The notes beneath the pieces were generated by a model. That model did not search any database, was not told the origin of the DNA, and saw only the letters and a list, made by a program, of their open reading frames with translations. A program made the position numbers and the translations under genes. Below, piece after piece: positions 47,318 through 61,576 of a stretch of DNA of 64,000 nucleotides. The stretch's first letter is position 1, and every line of letters starts with the position of its first letter. The DNA comes from Amphiscolops sp. MND2022. Lineage: Eukaryota. The stretch lies in NCBI GenBank assembly GCA_964187785.1, contig OZ076409.1, forward strand, positions 61,196,001 to 61,260,000. The letters run 5' to 3'.

Positions 47318-50300
47318 CTAATATCTGTATTCATCAGTGAAGTTGGGGTTGGGGTTAGGTCGTATTTAGGTTGTAAATAGGTTGAATTTTCCTCCGCTAG
47401 GTCTTTCATTTTCTACAATCATATCATCATCTTCGCTTTCTAATACTTCGGGCACGATAGTATCGCTTCTCCCTGAAGAAGTTTTATCATCATGAAAAGA
47501 TTGAGGATCATCTTCTTGTGATATGGGGTTGGGGAAAATTTCGTCAGTCAGTGTACGTCCAGTGGACCGAAGGTCCACATCTGTTAAAATTTGGAAGCTC
47601 TACAGCTTCACTGATATCACTACTATTAGTAGTTCGTTCATTGTTTTGATCGTAGGTCCCATTACGAAGATCAGCCTGTAGGTCGCCAAAATTGGTTTCC
47701 CATGTGATAACGTATAGATCATCTTGAGGAATATTAATTTCTTCATCCGGCTGTAAGTTGCCTTCGGGTCGTTCATCACGTAACAGGACGTTGGGTTCAT
47801 ATTTTCGGAGACGAATGCGTTGTAAAATTTGTGTTTTGTTAGAGTTGAGTTTGCGCACAATATAGTTTTCGTTAGGCAGGACTTGTTCGATGGCATAAGG
47901 GCCTATCCATCTAAACTCTCTAAATGGGATTTTTGATCCTTGATGATCAGCTATAGGTTGCAGTATAAAACAATAATCGTTTTGCATTAAAGGTGAGGCT
48001 TTAGCCTTCCGGTCATAGTATTCCTTATATTTTAATTAGGATTGCATGATGTTTTTCTTCGTATTATCAAGTAAAATTTGCGTTCGACGTTGAAATTCTT
48101 CTGCAAAATCAGACGTTGGTAAGATGGTAGGATTTGGATTGAGTCCTAATTTGTGATCGAGATTGTTGTATGGTATTCTGCCATGGAAAACCCTTGAAGG
48201 CTCACAGCCCAACGTCGAATGGTATGATGTATTGTAGTTTAGTACCGCTAGGGGTAAATAATTATGCCACTGACGTCGATACTCCCCTGAGGCCATTTTG
48301 GGATTTGTTTTGAGACTTGCATGAGTTCTCTCCAATTTCCCTATGGTCTGTGGGTGTTTTGTCGTCGCACAACGAATCTGAATTCCCAGTATTTGCGCAA
48401 TTTCAGCTACCAATTTCGAAGTGAATGCAGATCCTTTGTCGGTTATTAGAGTTGTCGGTAAATGGGTGTGTTTGGTCATTATGTCAATAGTGACCTTGGC
48501 CGTATTTGCTGGTGATGCGTCAGTGACCGGGTAGGCAAAAAGATATCGCGAGACGACGTCCATAGCGGTAATAATATTCTCGTATCCGCTACTTGGCGGG
48601 AGGTTCGGTAAGAGGTCTATTTGCATTGCGTCTTCTGGACCTAAGGTCCATTCTGGTAGATTTAGTAACTCAGGAGTTATCAATTCATTGCTGATTCTCT
48701 TGTCTTTAATGCATGTTTCGCATCCATTTACCCATTTGCGGACAAGTTTTGCTATCCCCGGGTAGTAATATTTACATCGTATTTCTTGGAGCATCTTGGC
48801 AATGCCTGGATGTCGATTTGCCTTTCCGTGGAGTGATTCGAGTAGTTCATTTACCAGGTGTTTAGGTAAGAGTATTTGGTTGTATTTGACGTTTCCTGTT
48901 TCATCATAATATTGTCTGGTGATGATGTCGTTCTGAATGGACAGGCGGTCCAACTGACGTATGTAGTGTTGGTATCTAATATCTTGTATGAGGATTGTTT
49001 CAGAGTATTCCTCTTTTTGTAATTTGAATTTAAGTTGCTGTAATATGACGTCGTTATTTTGTTCTATGGCTACAGTGTTGATGTTAGTCAATTTTTGGCA
49101 GACTGAAAGTCTTTGCGCGTTTCTGTGATGGATGCTAAATTTTTCAAGCAAGATTTCTGGTAACTGATGGGAGGGGTTTTCTCTTGCCAGTTGCTTTCGT
49201 TGCCAGATTTGTTCTTCAGTTTCATCGTCATCGTCGGTATAGTATATTTGTTCTTCCTCGGCGACACCGGCCGATTGGACATGGAGTTCAATTGGTGTTG
49301 TTGGTATATCTTCACGAATTCTAAGGATCAGCTTCTCTTTTGGAGAGATTTCCAGGCGGGACAGGTAGTCTGCGGCTGTGTTATTCTTGCCAGGAATGTG
49401 GGCAATGGTGAAATTGAATTGTATAACATAATCACACGCGTTCCATAAGGAAGGTGGAAAGATTTTTGTTTGAAAAAATCTTGTAACCGACTTATTGTCC
49501 GTTAGTATGATCACTGGTTTTGGAGTTCCCCAGAAAATGTGTCCAAATTCTTTGAAAGCGAAGAAAATTGCTAAGAATTCTTCGGCGTAAATAGACATCT
49601 TGAGTTGTGCGGGACTGAAGGTCTTGGAGCCGTAGGCAACCGGTGCGTATGCCTTTCTTGTTTATGTATATTTCTCGAGCGGTTCGTCCTCGGTGAGAAC
49701 TGCGTATCCGGCTGCCGTAAAGCTCGCATCAGTCATCAAGGCGATTTGCTTGTTGGGCAGAGGTTGTTTAAGTGCTAGTTCACAACATCGATCGAGAGCT
49801 TTGTTAATTACCGGAAAATTTGTCCAATAGGTCCGGGGTTACCATGACCTTCTCGTCTTTAGTGAGCAATTTGAAAAATGGTGTTAGTTTTTCGGATAAT
49901 CTAGGAAAGTAATTTCGATAATAATTTAAGAATTCCAGGTAGCGCTGTAATGCCTTCTTTGATTTTGGAAATTTTGTTTTTTCCAGAACATTTTGGACTC
50001 GTGGTCGTTGTGGACGTACGCCGTCTGGAGTGATGGTTCGACCCAGGAAGTCGATTTCCGTTGCTCCGAAATGGCACTTGTGCATAGTGAGCTTCAGGCC
50101 GGCATGTCTAATGCATTGGAAAGTGCCCCAAGGTTTTTGATAAGTTGTTATGCATCATTGGCTGCAATGCCAATATCGTCGACGTATTGCGCGCATTGAT
50201 CGGCTTTAATAACTTTGTCGAGGTATTCTCGCATGAAGCTGGAAAAGGCTGACAATGCACGGCTGAGGGCTTGGGCTAATCTGCGGTAGGCGAAAGTTCT

Positions 50301-52375
50301 GCTAGCGAAGTTGAACGCCAACATCTCAATGGACCGTTGGTCTGCCATTGGCAGGCAATGGTATGCTTGTGAACAGTTGAATTTGCAAAAGAGTTTTTTG
50401 CCTGCCATGTGTTGAGCTGCATCACTTAGCGTACTGACAAGATGATTATTAGTTAATATAGTCATCCGAAATGAGGTTGTTTATTTTCCGAAGGTCGACT
50501 ATTAGTCGCAATTTACCATTTGGTTTCTTTTGGGCAAAAATGGGACTGACATATTTGGAGAATGGAAGTGTTGTGATAATCCCATATCGTTGTAGTAAAG
50601 CTAGTTCAACGAGGATGTCTTCCTTGAGGTTGATGGGTGTTGGTAAGTTTTGGCTATAGGCCGGGGAATCGTCTTTCGGCGTAAGTTTAACCGTAAATTC
50701 CTCGTTCATGCCAATGTCAAAGCGGTGTCGTGCAAATATGTCGTGAAATTTGACAAGTAAGTCTTCAATGCGTGTAATTTCATGTGGTTGGAGCATTGAG
50801 TCTGTCCAGTCAAAGTTAGTCAGGAATCGTCGTCTGGACTCAGGGTCGTCCTGAGGGTTAAATTTTTCAAGTTCCTGGAGATTGAGTAATTCCTCCAGAA
50901 TACGTTTTTGAATAGGCGTATGTTCTTGCGGGTCCCCTGGGTCTTCTGGAGTGGGGAACCAGTAAATGTCTGGGGATATCTCGGGTTTAGAAGATTTAAT
51001 TAAGCTGCTGACATAGATAGCTGCATTTTCAGGGTCGTCCTGTAAGAGGTGCCATGTGGTCACCGGGTCAATTGGTTTAACGTCTTTCATCTGCCCTGGA
51101 GTCATGAAGTCATGACAGAGAAATTCGCGATGTGCGAACTTCTCTTGAGAGTATAAGGGTGGTCAGTGAAGTTATTCAGAGGAATTTCAACTTGACCTGC
51201 GGTCAATGTGACTAATGTCGCACAAAAGTCGACGTCACCATCCTCAGTGAGTGCATTGCTCGGTTGGAGGATGCCAGTTACAGCGATATCACGTACATCT
51301 GGGATGTCAGTGAGACCATTTGTCTATCGTTAGTGGGAATTGTGAAATCCTCCTGAATACATATGGGCTCCATGACGTTGGTGTACTTGTGATCTGCTGT
51401 TTTTAATTGCATGGAGAAAAACGGGAAATTTAGGATTCCCTGGCGCATGTCCAGGATGGTATTGTTTCGTTGTAGGAACAAAAGGCCAATCAGTGGACTT
51501 GTGAGTTTTTCCATGACAATAAAGAGTTCGTGAAATTCTATGTCGCCGACTTCAAACTTCAATTCGACAGTGCTCTTTGGAGTCTCTAGCTGCCCGTTGG
51601 CTACCATTTTTTGGAAATTTGGTGCTGGGCCCTCTTTGACAATTGACTGAGGGGCTAATAATTGGATTTTACGTAGATCAGATTCGGGGATTGCGCTAGA
51701 TAGGGCTCCCGTGTCTACAAGGCCATCTAATGTAAGTTCGCCAAAATCCATTGGAAAATAGAGCAATCGTCGTTTGTGTTTGAGTCCCAGATTGGTAGTC
51801 AGCGGCACATAGTCTGGTTCGCCTAGTCTGGTGACCAGTGTATTCGCAAATCGCGCCTCGACGGCCGTCGTCAGAGAGACTTGTTGGTCGAAATAGTTTA
51901 ACGGATTGTTCTGGCGAAGTGGTGCTGGTAAGGCACAGGGATTGGGTGTTGTTTGCCAGGGGTCAACTGACGCATTGGTCAAGGTTCCATTGAGAACCTC
52001 GTCCATGGCGAGACAATCAGATTCGATTTGTAGCGGGGATTTGTTGAAGTTGGTATAAAAATATAGATGATGTTGATTGTAGAGGTGATCGTCCCAGTAG
52101 GGGTCAATGCCATAGTCCGGGTCTTGATAATAGGGGTTATAGTCTAGTATCTCCGGGAGAGGACGGGTGGGGTATAAAGTCGAGTCAAGTCCGTTGGACC
52201 TAAGGTCCGAAGTACAAAATTGAGTAGGGGTGACTCTCATTTGCTGCTGCCAGTCAGCCGATGAGATGCCCCTAAGTGTTGAAGAAAATTCAGTGTAGTA
52301 TATAGTAGCAGGGTCAGAAATTATATACTGTCTGACACGTAGTTTTTCATTAAATTGGAGTCGTGGCAAAACTAG
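47318..52375 (-). pseudogene. pol: Gypsy-B Pol (PR, dUTPase-fold-like segment, RT, RH, INT), disrupted
   Basis: LVDTGA, YVDD, ADYLSR, HHCC, TDKG, GPY motifs; multiple frameshifts; C-terminus RPNPNPNFTDEYRY resembles that of Gypsy-A. Confidence 0.95.
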
Positions 52376-54069
52376 TTTTTTGAGTTTTTTAAGATAGAAG
52401 AGTTGTTAGTATCATGTGAGTTGGTGGGCGCATCATCTTCTTTTGCGTCCTCCAATTTGAGGTTTTTGGGCTTGAGGTGGGCTCCAGCGCCTTTCCAACA
52501 TCGTTCCGCCGGGTGGTTTGTTTTGTCGCAAGTTGGATATTTTGGATATTCTTTTTTGTTATCCTGTCCGTCGTTGCGTCTTTGTTCCTCCTTTCGTTTG
52601 AGTTTTCGGCAGTCATCTTTGTCGTGGCCGGGTTTTTTGCAGTAGTTGCAGGTGACATTGTGATCAATGCCGGAAAAAAGGAGGCCTGTTCCCGGTCGTG
52701 TGGCTGTAGGGGCAGTGGACATTGTGGGTACAGTAATGTCGTCACCTCCCTCAAGTCCGTTGAGTTCTAGTTCGCGTTTCAAATGGGTAACGTTCTCTTC
52801 ATAAGAGGCGTTCTCAAGCCGTGCCATATTTACCGATCTCTTGAGTTTGGGGGGCAGTTTGGCGTATAAAAGGCTGTCGATCATTGCTTGGGCATTTTCG
52901 CCAAACGCTTTTTCTGCTCCCTGGTTGAGTTCCTCAAGGAAATCTGGAAGTTTCATAGTGTTGGGGTAGAACACTACATTATGCCATTTGTGTTTGGCAG
53001 TGGCTTGAGATTCCGGCTTGACGTATTTTCGTCGGAAGACCGCAAGGACGTCTTCCAGTGTCTGCCTATTGGCGGAGTTGATATTACGAAAGGTTTGTAG
53101 TGCATTTTTACGTAAGAGGGAATGGAAGTGGTTAATTTTCATTGTTTCAGTCATTTCTGGTTGCATTTTTATCATTGTATGAAAAAGATCTTCAAAGAGT
53201 TCGAATTTTTCAGATTTCCCGTCAAAGGTCAGCGTAGTTGTGCTGACGGGTCGTACCATGAGTGTTTGTGGGGTTTGCTTATAAGTCATACCCGTTAGAA
53301 CATCAGCAAGGCGTGTGAGAGGGTCTATAGGAAGGGTGGGACCACTGGTCTCCTAGTCGCGGGGCGACGTGGTCGGAGACGGAGGATCTAGAGGACCTTG
53401 GCTTTGCGGGTTATCTCGGGAGTGTGTGGGTCGCCCAGTAAGAAACTCAGGAACCATACGAGGGGTAGGGTTGGCTCCTGTCACCATGTCATGATCATCC
53501 CTAATGTCTAATGAGCTTATTGAGCTATCTCTAGAATGGGGATGACTGTTCAAGTTTGGCTGTATTCTGTTTTGGGTATTCCCCCAAGCACTTTGGTGCT
53601 TTTTACCTTCGGTGTTCCTGCTTAGTCTACTGGACCTTGAGTCCACATTTGTCCCTAACCCGCTATTTTGTCCTGACAACGAACTTTGGATTGAAGGAAG
53701 GATTGAATCGTGAATTGCAGAATTAATAGACTCTGTAATTTGTGTGTTCAAATTTTTTTTCAGTTCATCTATTTTCCTATTCATTTGGTGGGATATTTCC
53801 TCAGAAATAAGCCTGTTAGTCTCCATAGTCATTTCACGTCTATTTCTATCTTCTGAAGTTGATAGCGTTCTAAAATCCTCGCAATTTCTGACCATGTCGG
53901 TCCTTGTCCCATTAGACCTTAAGTCCACTTCTACATTTTCATTCGGATCAACGTCTGATTGATTTTCCTGGTAATTTCCAAACCTGCCATTCATATTTTC
54001 AAGATCTGACATTACGTCTGATTGCCTTGACCGTTTTTCTCTTGCCTTTTGCTTTCTTGTGGAAAGCAT
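52372..54069 (-). pseudogene. gag: Gypsy-B Gag, starting inside the 5' LTR; one frame break near 53300-53360
   Basis: ORFs 53353-54069 and 52372-53289; CNYCKKPGHDKDDC knuckle; strong similarity to Gypsy-A Gag core. Confidence 0.92.
53475..53486 (-). promoter_or_regulatory. Gypsy-B primer binding site TGGTGACAGGAG
   Basis: Abuts the 5' LTR end; identical to the Gypsy-A PBS. Confidence 0.8.
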
Positions 54070-55073
54070 TCAAAATATTCAAGTCCAAACAATAATCTAT
54101 TGTTTGCAAACAGTATTTCTATCAACAGAGCTAAATACAACAGTTGAACAATAATATCGTTGGGAGAGAACAAATGGAACACGGTTGGGTTCCAAGTTTA
54201 GAAGTAGTTGAGAAACTGGAATTAATCACAATTGAGGTTGTAGTCTACGTGCAGTATTTGAGAGAGATTGATCCCTGGGACTTGTGATCCCTAAATAAAT
54301 AGTTGTGGAAGCATGACACGCAAAATTGCTGTTATCACCTTACCAAAAACAGCAACTTCGCCCTAACGTCACAATGACGTTATGTGAGTAATTCTAAAAT
54401 TAGCATCTATTTGCGGGCAAGTAGTGTCAAGTTCCAAAAATAGCATCGGGTAATAAACCAGTGGTCTAATAGAGCATCAAAGGACTAAATGGGGGGGGGG
54501 TAAGGCGGTGAGCCTTTCATCTGAGGTTTCATGTCATTCCAAATTACACTATTTTCATGGTAGCAAGCAACGCGTACATGTAACGGACTGGTGGTCCAAA
54601 GCAACTAAGCAGGACTAAATAGAAAATAACACACTGCAACGTGATTGACTAGTTATCTAATGTACCACGCGCCCAAATTGACTAACGCTGAGTACAATTT
54701 GAACGCGTTTCCAATTTACTGTACTGTTGCATCATCATTTACATTTCCATTAATAATCTAATTTCCAGCTTTGTGGTTTGCATGACAAAGTATACAATTG
54801 AATATATAACCAGACTAAAATAGCATGTATTGTTAGGTCTGGGATAGTAATTCAACTATATGTCAACTGTAGGCAAGTAGACCTGTGGTCCATAAATTAA
54901 TAAATCATTGACTAAAGTAGCTTATAAGCACAGTACATTCATAAGAGTTGTTTTAAGTTGACTAGCAGTTTCTGTGTACTAAAGCGGCAATACTCCGGTA
55001 GGAAGATACATTTCACTAGCTTCATTTGGGGTGACTTGGTAGTTGTTTCCATTGCAGGCGGCAGCCTGCGACA
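53487..55073 (-). repeat. Gypsy-B 5' LTR
   Basis: Direct repeat of 40154-41742. Confidence 0.96.
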
Positions 55074-55457
55074 CCACTAAAAGGCGTGAAAGCGAATATC
55101 GAGCATTATGGGCGAAAATGTCATCATATCCTTTGCAACGGTGAATTAGACTTTGCATGCAGGTTTTTACTGCCTAAATTCGTGTAAAATCCCTGATATG
55201 GACTTTTTCTAAGAAAAAAAACACTTTTTCGAGGCTACGGTTCGCGAATTGTAACAAAAGTTTTCAATAATTCAAACTTATTGTAGAATTTTGCGCATTT
55301 TGCGTGCGTATTATGTGAACTGGTTTTTTGACAAACGTTGGAGCTACTACATTTGTGTAACGGTATTAGTAAAACTTCTGGAGACTGGGAGATTTTAGAT
55401 TTTTTGGATAACGCATTGACTTCTTTCTTCTTCAGAAACGTTTCCAAACACTAATTA

Positions 55458-55849
55458 TGTCATGCAATGCATGATTTATTTTCTCGGACTTTTATAACAA
55501 TGAAATTGACTTATGAATCACGCCATTGATGAATCATTATTGCCTTTGTTGTCACTCAATCCAAATAATTGACAATTGAATCCCGCAAAATGGATTTTCA
55601 ACTGGAGATGTTTCGACAAGGAATTTTCAAGGTTATGTTTTGTTTCCATACCCTTCATAGTCAACCCTTTATGTGAACTGTTACATTGAATTAAGCCTAA
55701 GTCTTAGACCGCTTTCTTGAACATTCAATATGAAATATTACTAAACCCTTTACTAAGTAACGCCCTTCATTTCCGGTAATTGGAGACTGCCTGGAGACAT
55801 ACAGGTACTAAATAGTCTTTCTCTAAACTTTCTTTAACTACTATACACA
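55458..55849 (+). repeat. BEL/Pao 5' LTR
   Basis: Direct repeat of 61537-61928. Confidence 0.96.
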
Positions 55850-55855
55850 TTATTT

Positions 55856-55873
55856 TGGCGCCCCACAAGGGAC
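55856..55873 (+). promoter_or_regulatory. PBS TGGCGCCCCACAAGGGAC (tRNA-Lys-like)
   Basis: 6 nt after the LTR; resembles the tRNA-Lys3-type PBS TGGCGCCCGAACAGGGAC. Confidence 0.7.
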
Positions 55874-56032
55874 AAAATAATGTGTATAGTAGTTGAAGAC
55901 CCGTTTACCCTTAATTACCTTAGTTTTCTTCGTTGGTTTGTGAAATTTTCGTTATTAGGTTCTAATTTTAATGCCTTATTTTAAGTTTGTTGATATAATT
56001 GACATACTACGAAGGGTACCAGTTTGCTTAAA

Positions 56033-59000
56033 ATGGTTTTCACGCGAAGTCAAGGTCACAACGATGACAACGTGGATGTTGATGTAGCCAATAGCAATGA
56101 GCTCGACGCATTGAATTTGGCTCATGGGCAAACTTCCAACGATAGCATTGCTAACATGCAAGTGGCGCAAAATGATAATGAAATTTCACGCTTGTTGTCA
56201 CTACAGCAACTTAGTTTGGAAGACATTCATTGCTCACTTGATTTTGTCAATAATTGTATTGACGCAAACGAATCCACTGATATGTGTCGGGAATTTACTG
56301 TGGAAACAGAGCAAAAGATGGATGAATTTGAGTCTTTAACGAAAGAAATCATTCTGCTTGCAAATACCCACCTTCATACCCAGTCAGAACGACTAGCTGG
56401 GGTTAAGAATGACTTGCGAACTACTCGCTTGAAGTTAATCAAAAGGCTCAGTTCTGATCAATTGTGCAAAACTGCTCGGCCTACGGTAAATGACACGACT
56501 TCTAATGAACGTACAGTCACTTCTAACAACCCTCTACCTGCCTTCACAACTGCTGATTTCTCTTCAGAGTCGAATTTTCCTGGAATTTCTTCAACAGTTG
56601 CTGGAACCAATGGGACATTATTCCTCGAAGCCACAGTCGATCAATCCATTTCGCTCCTTATTTTCCTCAAGGAGTTGGAACATCACAGAGGATGTCTTCA
56701 ACATTCCAAAAATCAATTCCCAATGTCACACCCACAGTTTTCAATGGAGACCCGCTTCTCTGGTTAGATTGGATTGGACTCTTTAATGCCACAATTCATT
56801 CATCTGACATGACAACAGCTGAAAAAATCACGCATTTACAAGCACTTGTCAAGGATCAAGCAAAGTCTATCTTTCGTGGATATGGGTACAATGGAGACAT
56901 GTATTTCATTGCACTGAAGCGCCTTCAAGACACATTTGGAAATCCAACTAAAATTATCACCTCTTTTCTGCAACGCCTCAGCAGCCACCCTTCTCCATCT
57001 CTTCGACAACCCGATTCTTTTACTGCCTATTCCAATTTTTTGACGACCTTAGTTGACACTTTCGAGCAGTTGAATTTTCAGCACGACATATGCTCGACAA
57101 CCAACGTTCAACAAGCCTTAGCAAAGCTACCCACAGAAACTAGACTAGCCTGGAACCGACATGCCGTCTCTTCAGGACTCCAACGACCGACGCTAAAAGA
57201 CATTACCTCATGGTTACGGGAATTCGCTCTCGCCTGCAGTGAAATTCCTGTAGCAAAACATCTTGCACCTTCTGAACACTCGACAGCGAAGTTCTTTCGT
57301 CCTTCAAATTCAACAAGCAGCGCTCTCCACCAACCTTTTGCCAACGACAAAACACACTCGGCACCATCAACGGACAAAGTCAAAAAAGATTTCTGTCCCG
57401 AATCAAAGGGATGCGATCTGCTTCGACAATGCCCTCATTTCAAATCCCTTAATGTTCAGAACAGATACGAACACGTTAAAAAATTGAAATTTTGTTTCAA
57501 TTGCCTAGGACGTCACGCCTTTAAGGATTGTAAATCCGAAACAACCTGCCGAATTGAAGGTTGTCACCGACGACACCACACGTTGTTGCACTGTGATCAG
57601 CAACCAGCAATAACTTCAACAGTCAACACCCGACGTCATCAGCCTGGTATTGTTCCTATTGTTCCCGTTACCCTCTCTTACGGAAACAATCGACTTTCGA
57701 CATACGCCCTGCTTGATTCCGGAAGTTCTGTGACACTACTTGCCGAATCAGCCGCCAAGCAATTGAAACCCAATCTACTGGGTAATCAACCACTCAGTGT
57801 TTCTGGGATCAACACTGTTGCAGAAATACAAGTAGCAACCCTACAATGTTTCATCGGACCATACAACTCCGCTGTTCATCCTCACAGACTAGACAATGTT
57901 CTTTCAGTGCCAACACTGAACGTTCAAACAGCGCAACCGAATTTTCTCAACTCAGTTTGCCAGCAAAATCCTCATCTTAAACACGTCACATTCCCGCAAC
58001 TACATTCTAATAATGTTTCACTCCTGATCGGAGTGGACGCTCATGATGTTATTTGCAGCCGAGGAGTCATTCATGGACCACCCAACACACAGTTCTTGGA
58101 TGGACAATAATAGGAACCAGCAGTCATCAGCTACCAACGACAGCAGAGACACTCCTCGTCCAAACGCCCACATTGGATGACGAACTTTTTCATCAAGTTC
58201 AAAATTGGATTCGACTTGACAATGAAGGAGTTTCTTTAACCAAAAAAGCGTTTTCAGCCAACGATCGCCGCGCCGAGAACATTCTTCAGTCTACAACAAC
58301 GAAAGTTGGAGACCGATACCAAATCAGTCTTCTCTGGAAACCAAATGTTGATCTGCCCAAAAATCGATGGGTTGCCGAACGCCAGCTGCGCACCCTCGAA
58401 CAACGCTTGCAGAAAGACCCAACACTCAAAGAGCAATACAAGAAAACAATCGATGACGATCTTGCCAAGGGTTACATCGTAGAAGTACCGACAGTCGACG
58501 CCACCTTGAAAAATTGGTACCTTCCACATCATCCAGTTACCAACGTTAACAAACCAGGAAAAGTTCGTCGCAAGACAAATGCCAGCAGTGTCTTCAAAGG
58601 ACAGTCACTCAACAACAATTTACTTACAGGACCGGATTTTCTTTGCAACCTAACAGGATTGATAATGCGATTTCGCCAACATTCAGTCGCATTATCCGCC
58701 GACATTGAGGCCATGTTAATGCAAGTGCTTGTGGATCCTAAAGACCGACAGTATATACGTTTTTTATGGAGTAACGACACGAAGACAATCGATTTCGAGT
58801 ACACCAGACATATTTTCGGGGAACAGACTCCCCTTGCGCTGCCTGCTATGCCGTCCGCAAGTGCGCCAAGGGCAATGAAGCTGTTTATCCTGGTCTGCCC
58901 GCAATTGTTCAGCGGAACACTTATTTGGATGATTTGTATATCAGCCTCACATCAGAAGAAGACGCCACAGATACAGCTCGGAAACTTCGGGAAGTTTTAG

Positions 59001-61576
59001 CATCAGGAGGTTTCAACCTAACCAAATGGAGCTCGAACAGCCGTAATTTCCTAGCAGGTTTGAGCCCCGAACTAAGAGCAACTGGAGCCAATCTCGACGA
59101 TAAATTGACACTGCAGCGGGTCCTTGGTTTGCCATGGGACCCAGAGGAAAGACACGTACCTCATCCAACCCGGAAGCTACCGTAAAACCAAGGACATTCG
59201 AATACCAACTCAACGCAATCTGCTGAAATTTACTTCTTCTATATTCGATCCCTTAGGCATCACAGCGCACCGTTAATCATTCGATTGCGATGTATTATGC
59301 AGCTTGCTTGGAGCACCGGACAACAATGGGACAAACCTATTCCAGAAGATCAACTCGCAGAATTCCAACAGTAGACCGAGGAAATTGACCATCTCGAGAA
59401 TATTCAACTACCTCGACAGCTGCATAATTACCGAAGTCAGCCCGAACATCATGAACTTCATGTTTTCTCCTATGCGTCCGAGAAAGCATTCGCCGCAGTT
59501 GCCTACCTGCGTACAACTCACGACAGCAGTCACGTCAGCATCACTTCTTTAATCGGAAAAGCAAGAGTCGCCCCAATGAAACGACTCACAATTCCGAACT
59601 TAGAACTTCAAGCAGCCACATTAGGAAGCCGCCTTGCTACCTACATCAAAGAAGAACTCGACCTCCACATAGCTCGGACCTTCATGTGGACGGACAGTAC
59701 AACCGTTTTACACTGGATCAACGCTTCTAATCAAAGACACAGGATTTTCGTAGCGAATCGCTTGAATATTATTCTGGACTCGACAGAATCTTCAGATTGG
59801 CGATACGTTCCAACCATCGAAAATCCCGCAGATGATGGAACAAGAGGATATCAAGCTAACCAGATGAATGCCACTTGACGTTGGATTCAAAGACCCTCAT
59901 TTCTACAGAAAAAGGAACAGTTTTGGCCAACACAGCCTCCAATTTCTCAACAAGTTGCTATGTCTCATGCCGACGCACCACCTGACTGCAGCACTAGCCC
60001 AAATTTTGACATTACCCGCTTCAGTAATTGGAACCGTCTAATCAGGACCATTGCTTTCTGTTTCCTCGTTGCCGACAAAGCCAAAAACAGTCAAGCCTCC
60101 CTTACTTTGGAACATGTTACCAAAGCATTCAAGTTCCTCATCAAGAATGCTCAGCAGCAGTCCTTCTCTAAAGAAATAAACGAGCTTTTGCAGAAGAAAT
60201 CCCTATCTAACAAGTCTAGGATTGTACAACTCAGTCCCTTCATCGACGACCATGGCTTCTTGCGTTCTCGTGGCCGCCTTGGAAAGGCCTCGATAATTCT
60301 CTGTAGCCAATACCCAGTCATCTTGGATGCTGAGAACCCTTCGATCGACCTCTACTTGAAACACGTTCACGACACCAATGAACATTGTGGACTCGAGTTC
60401 AGCCGTGCGCTGATTCAACAATAATTTTGGATTCTGAAAGCCCGGAAAGTGTTACGACGAATCATCCGACATTGTATCACCTGCCGCAGACAGCAACAAG
60501 ATGTTATCCAGCCAAAAATGGCTGATTTGCCGAAAGAAAGGCTCCCTTCTACAATCAATTATACCTTCCGCACCACTAGAATTGATTACATCGGACCGTT
60601 CTTCATTAAAACTCCACGTGCCGAAAAACGGTACGTCCTTTTCTTTACCTGCCTCGTTACAAGAGCTGTTCACATCGAAGTTACTGCAAAATTGAACACA
60701 GACGACACAATTCTAGCCATTCGACGATTCATTTGCCGCAGAGGCCAGCCTCAGTCTATCAGATCCGACAACGCAACTACATTTGTCTCTGCCAACAAAG
60801 ACCTAAAAGCTGCTTTGAAGAAACTTGAATTAGCGTCACCAGAGATTTCAGCTCGTCTTGGACTTCAACATATCGCCTGGTATTTCAACCCACCCGCTGC
60901 TCCTCATTTTGGGGGCGCATGGGAGCGGTTGATCCGCTCTTTCAAAGACACCTTCTACAAAACTGTTGGATCAAGAACCCTTCAAGAACCGACGCTACAC
61001 ACCTTTGCCTGTGAAGTTGAGGCTATCATGAACAACCGCCCACTTCTCCACGTTTCTTCGGACGTCACCGACATGGAGCCTTTAACTCCAAATCATATTT
61101 TACTTGGTAGACCTCAGCCAGTTGTACCAATAGGTATCTTCGAAAAAGACGCAGACGCCTACACCTGGAAAAAAGCCCAAGTTCTGGCCAACAATTTTTG
61201 GTCCAGGTTCATCAAAGAGTACCTCCCCACACTTCAACGAAGAACCAAGTGGACAAAAAACTCAGAAGATTTAAATCCTGGAGATTTAGTCTGGATTTTA
61301 GATGACTTCACCGCCCGTGGAATATGGCCCGTTGGAAGAATTAAATCCGTCACTAGAGGAACTGACAATGTAGCCCGCTCATGTGACGACCTCGCCACAT
61401 CTTTTGGAATTATAAAGAGACCTGCAGTGAAACTTTCGAAACCTTCATTTGTGACCGCGACTAACCCAGACCTTCTCAAACTTGATGACTTGCAAACTCT
61501 GATAGTTTATTTGCCTCCTGCAAATGGGGCCGGCCATGTCATGCAATGCATGATTTATTTTCTCGGACTTTTATAA
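56033..61576 (+). pseudogene. BEL/Pao gag-pol polyprotein, disrupted
   Basis: FNGDPLLW, CFNCLGRHAFKDC, CRIEGCHRRHHTLLH, LLDSGS, WYLPHH, SADIE, LDD, PNLELQA, MADLPKERL, SDNA, APHFGGAWERLI motifs; several frameshifts and stops. Confidence 0.93.

Larger units (their letters stand above)
40154..55073 (-). mobile_element. Full-length Ty3/Gypsy element 'Gypsy-B' (14.9 kb) with antisense intron-containing gene and ORF3
   Basis: Two ~1.59-kb LTRs (TGT...ACA), 5-bp TSD CCACT at 40149-40153 and 55074-55078, PBS, gag and pol. Confidence 0.97.
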
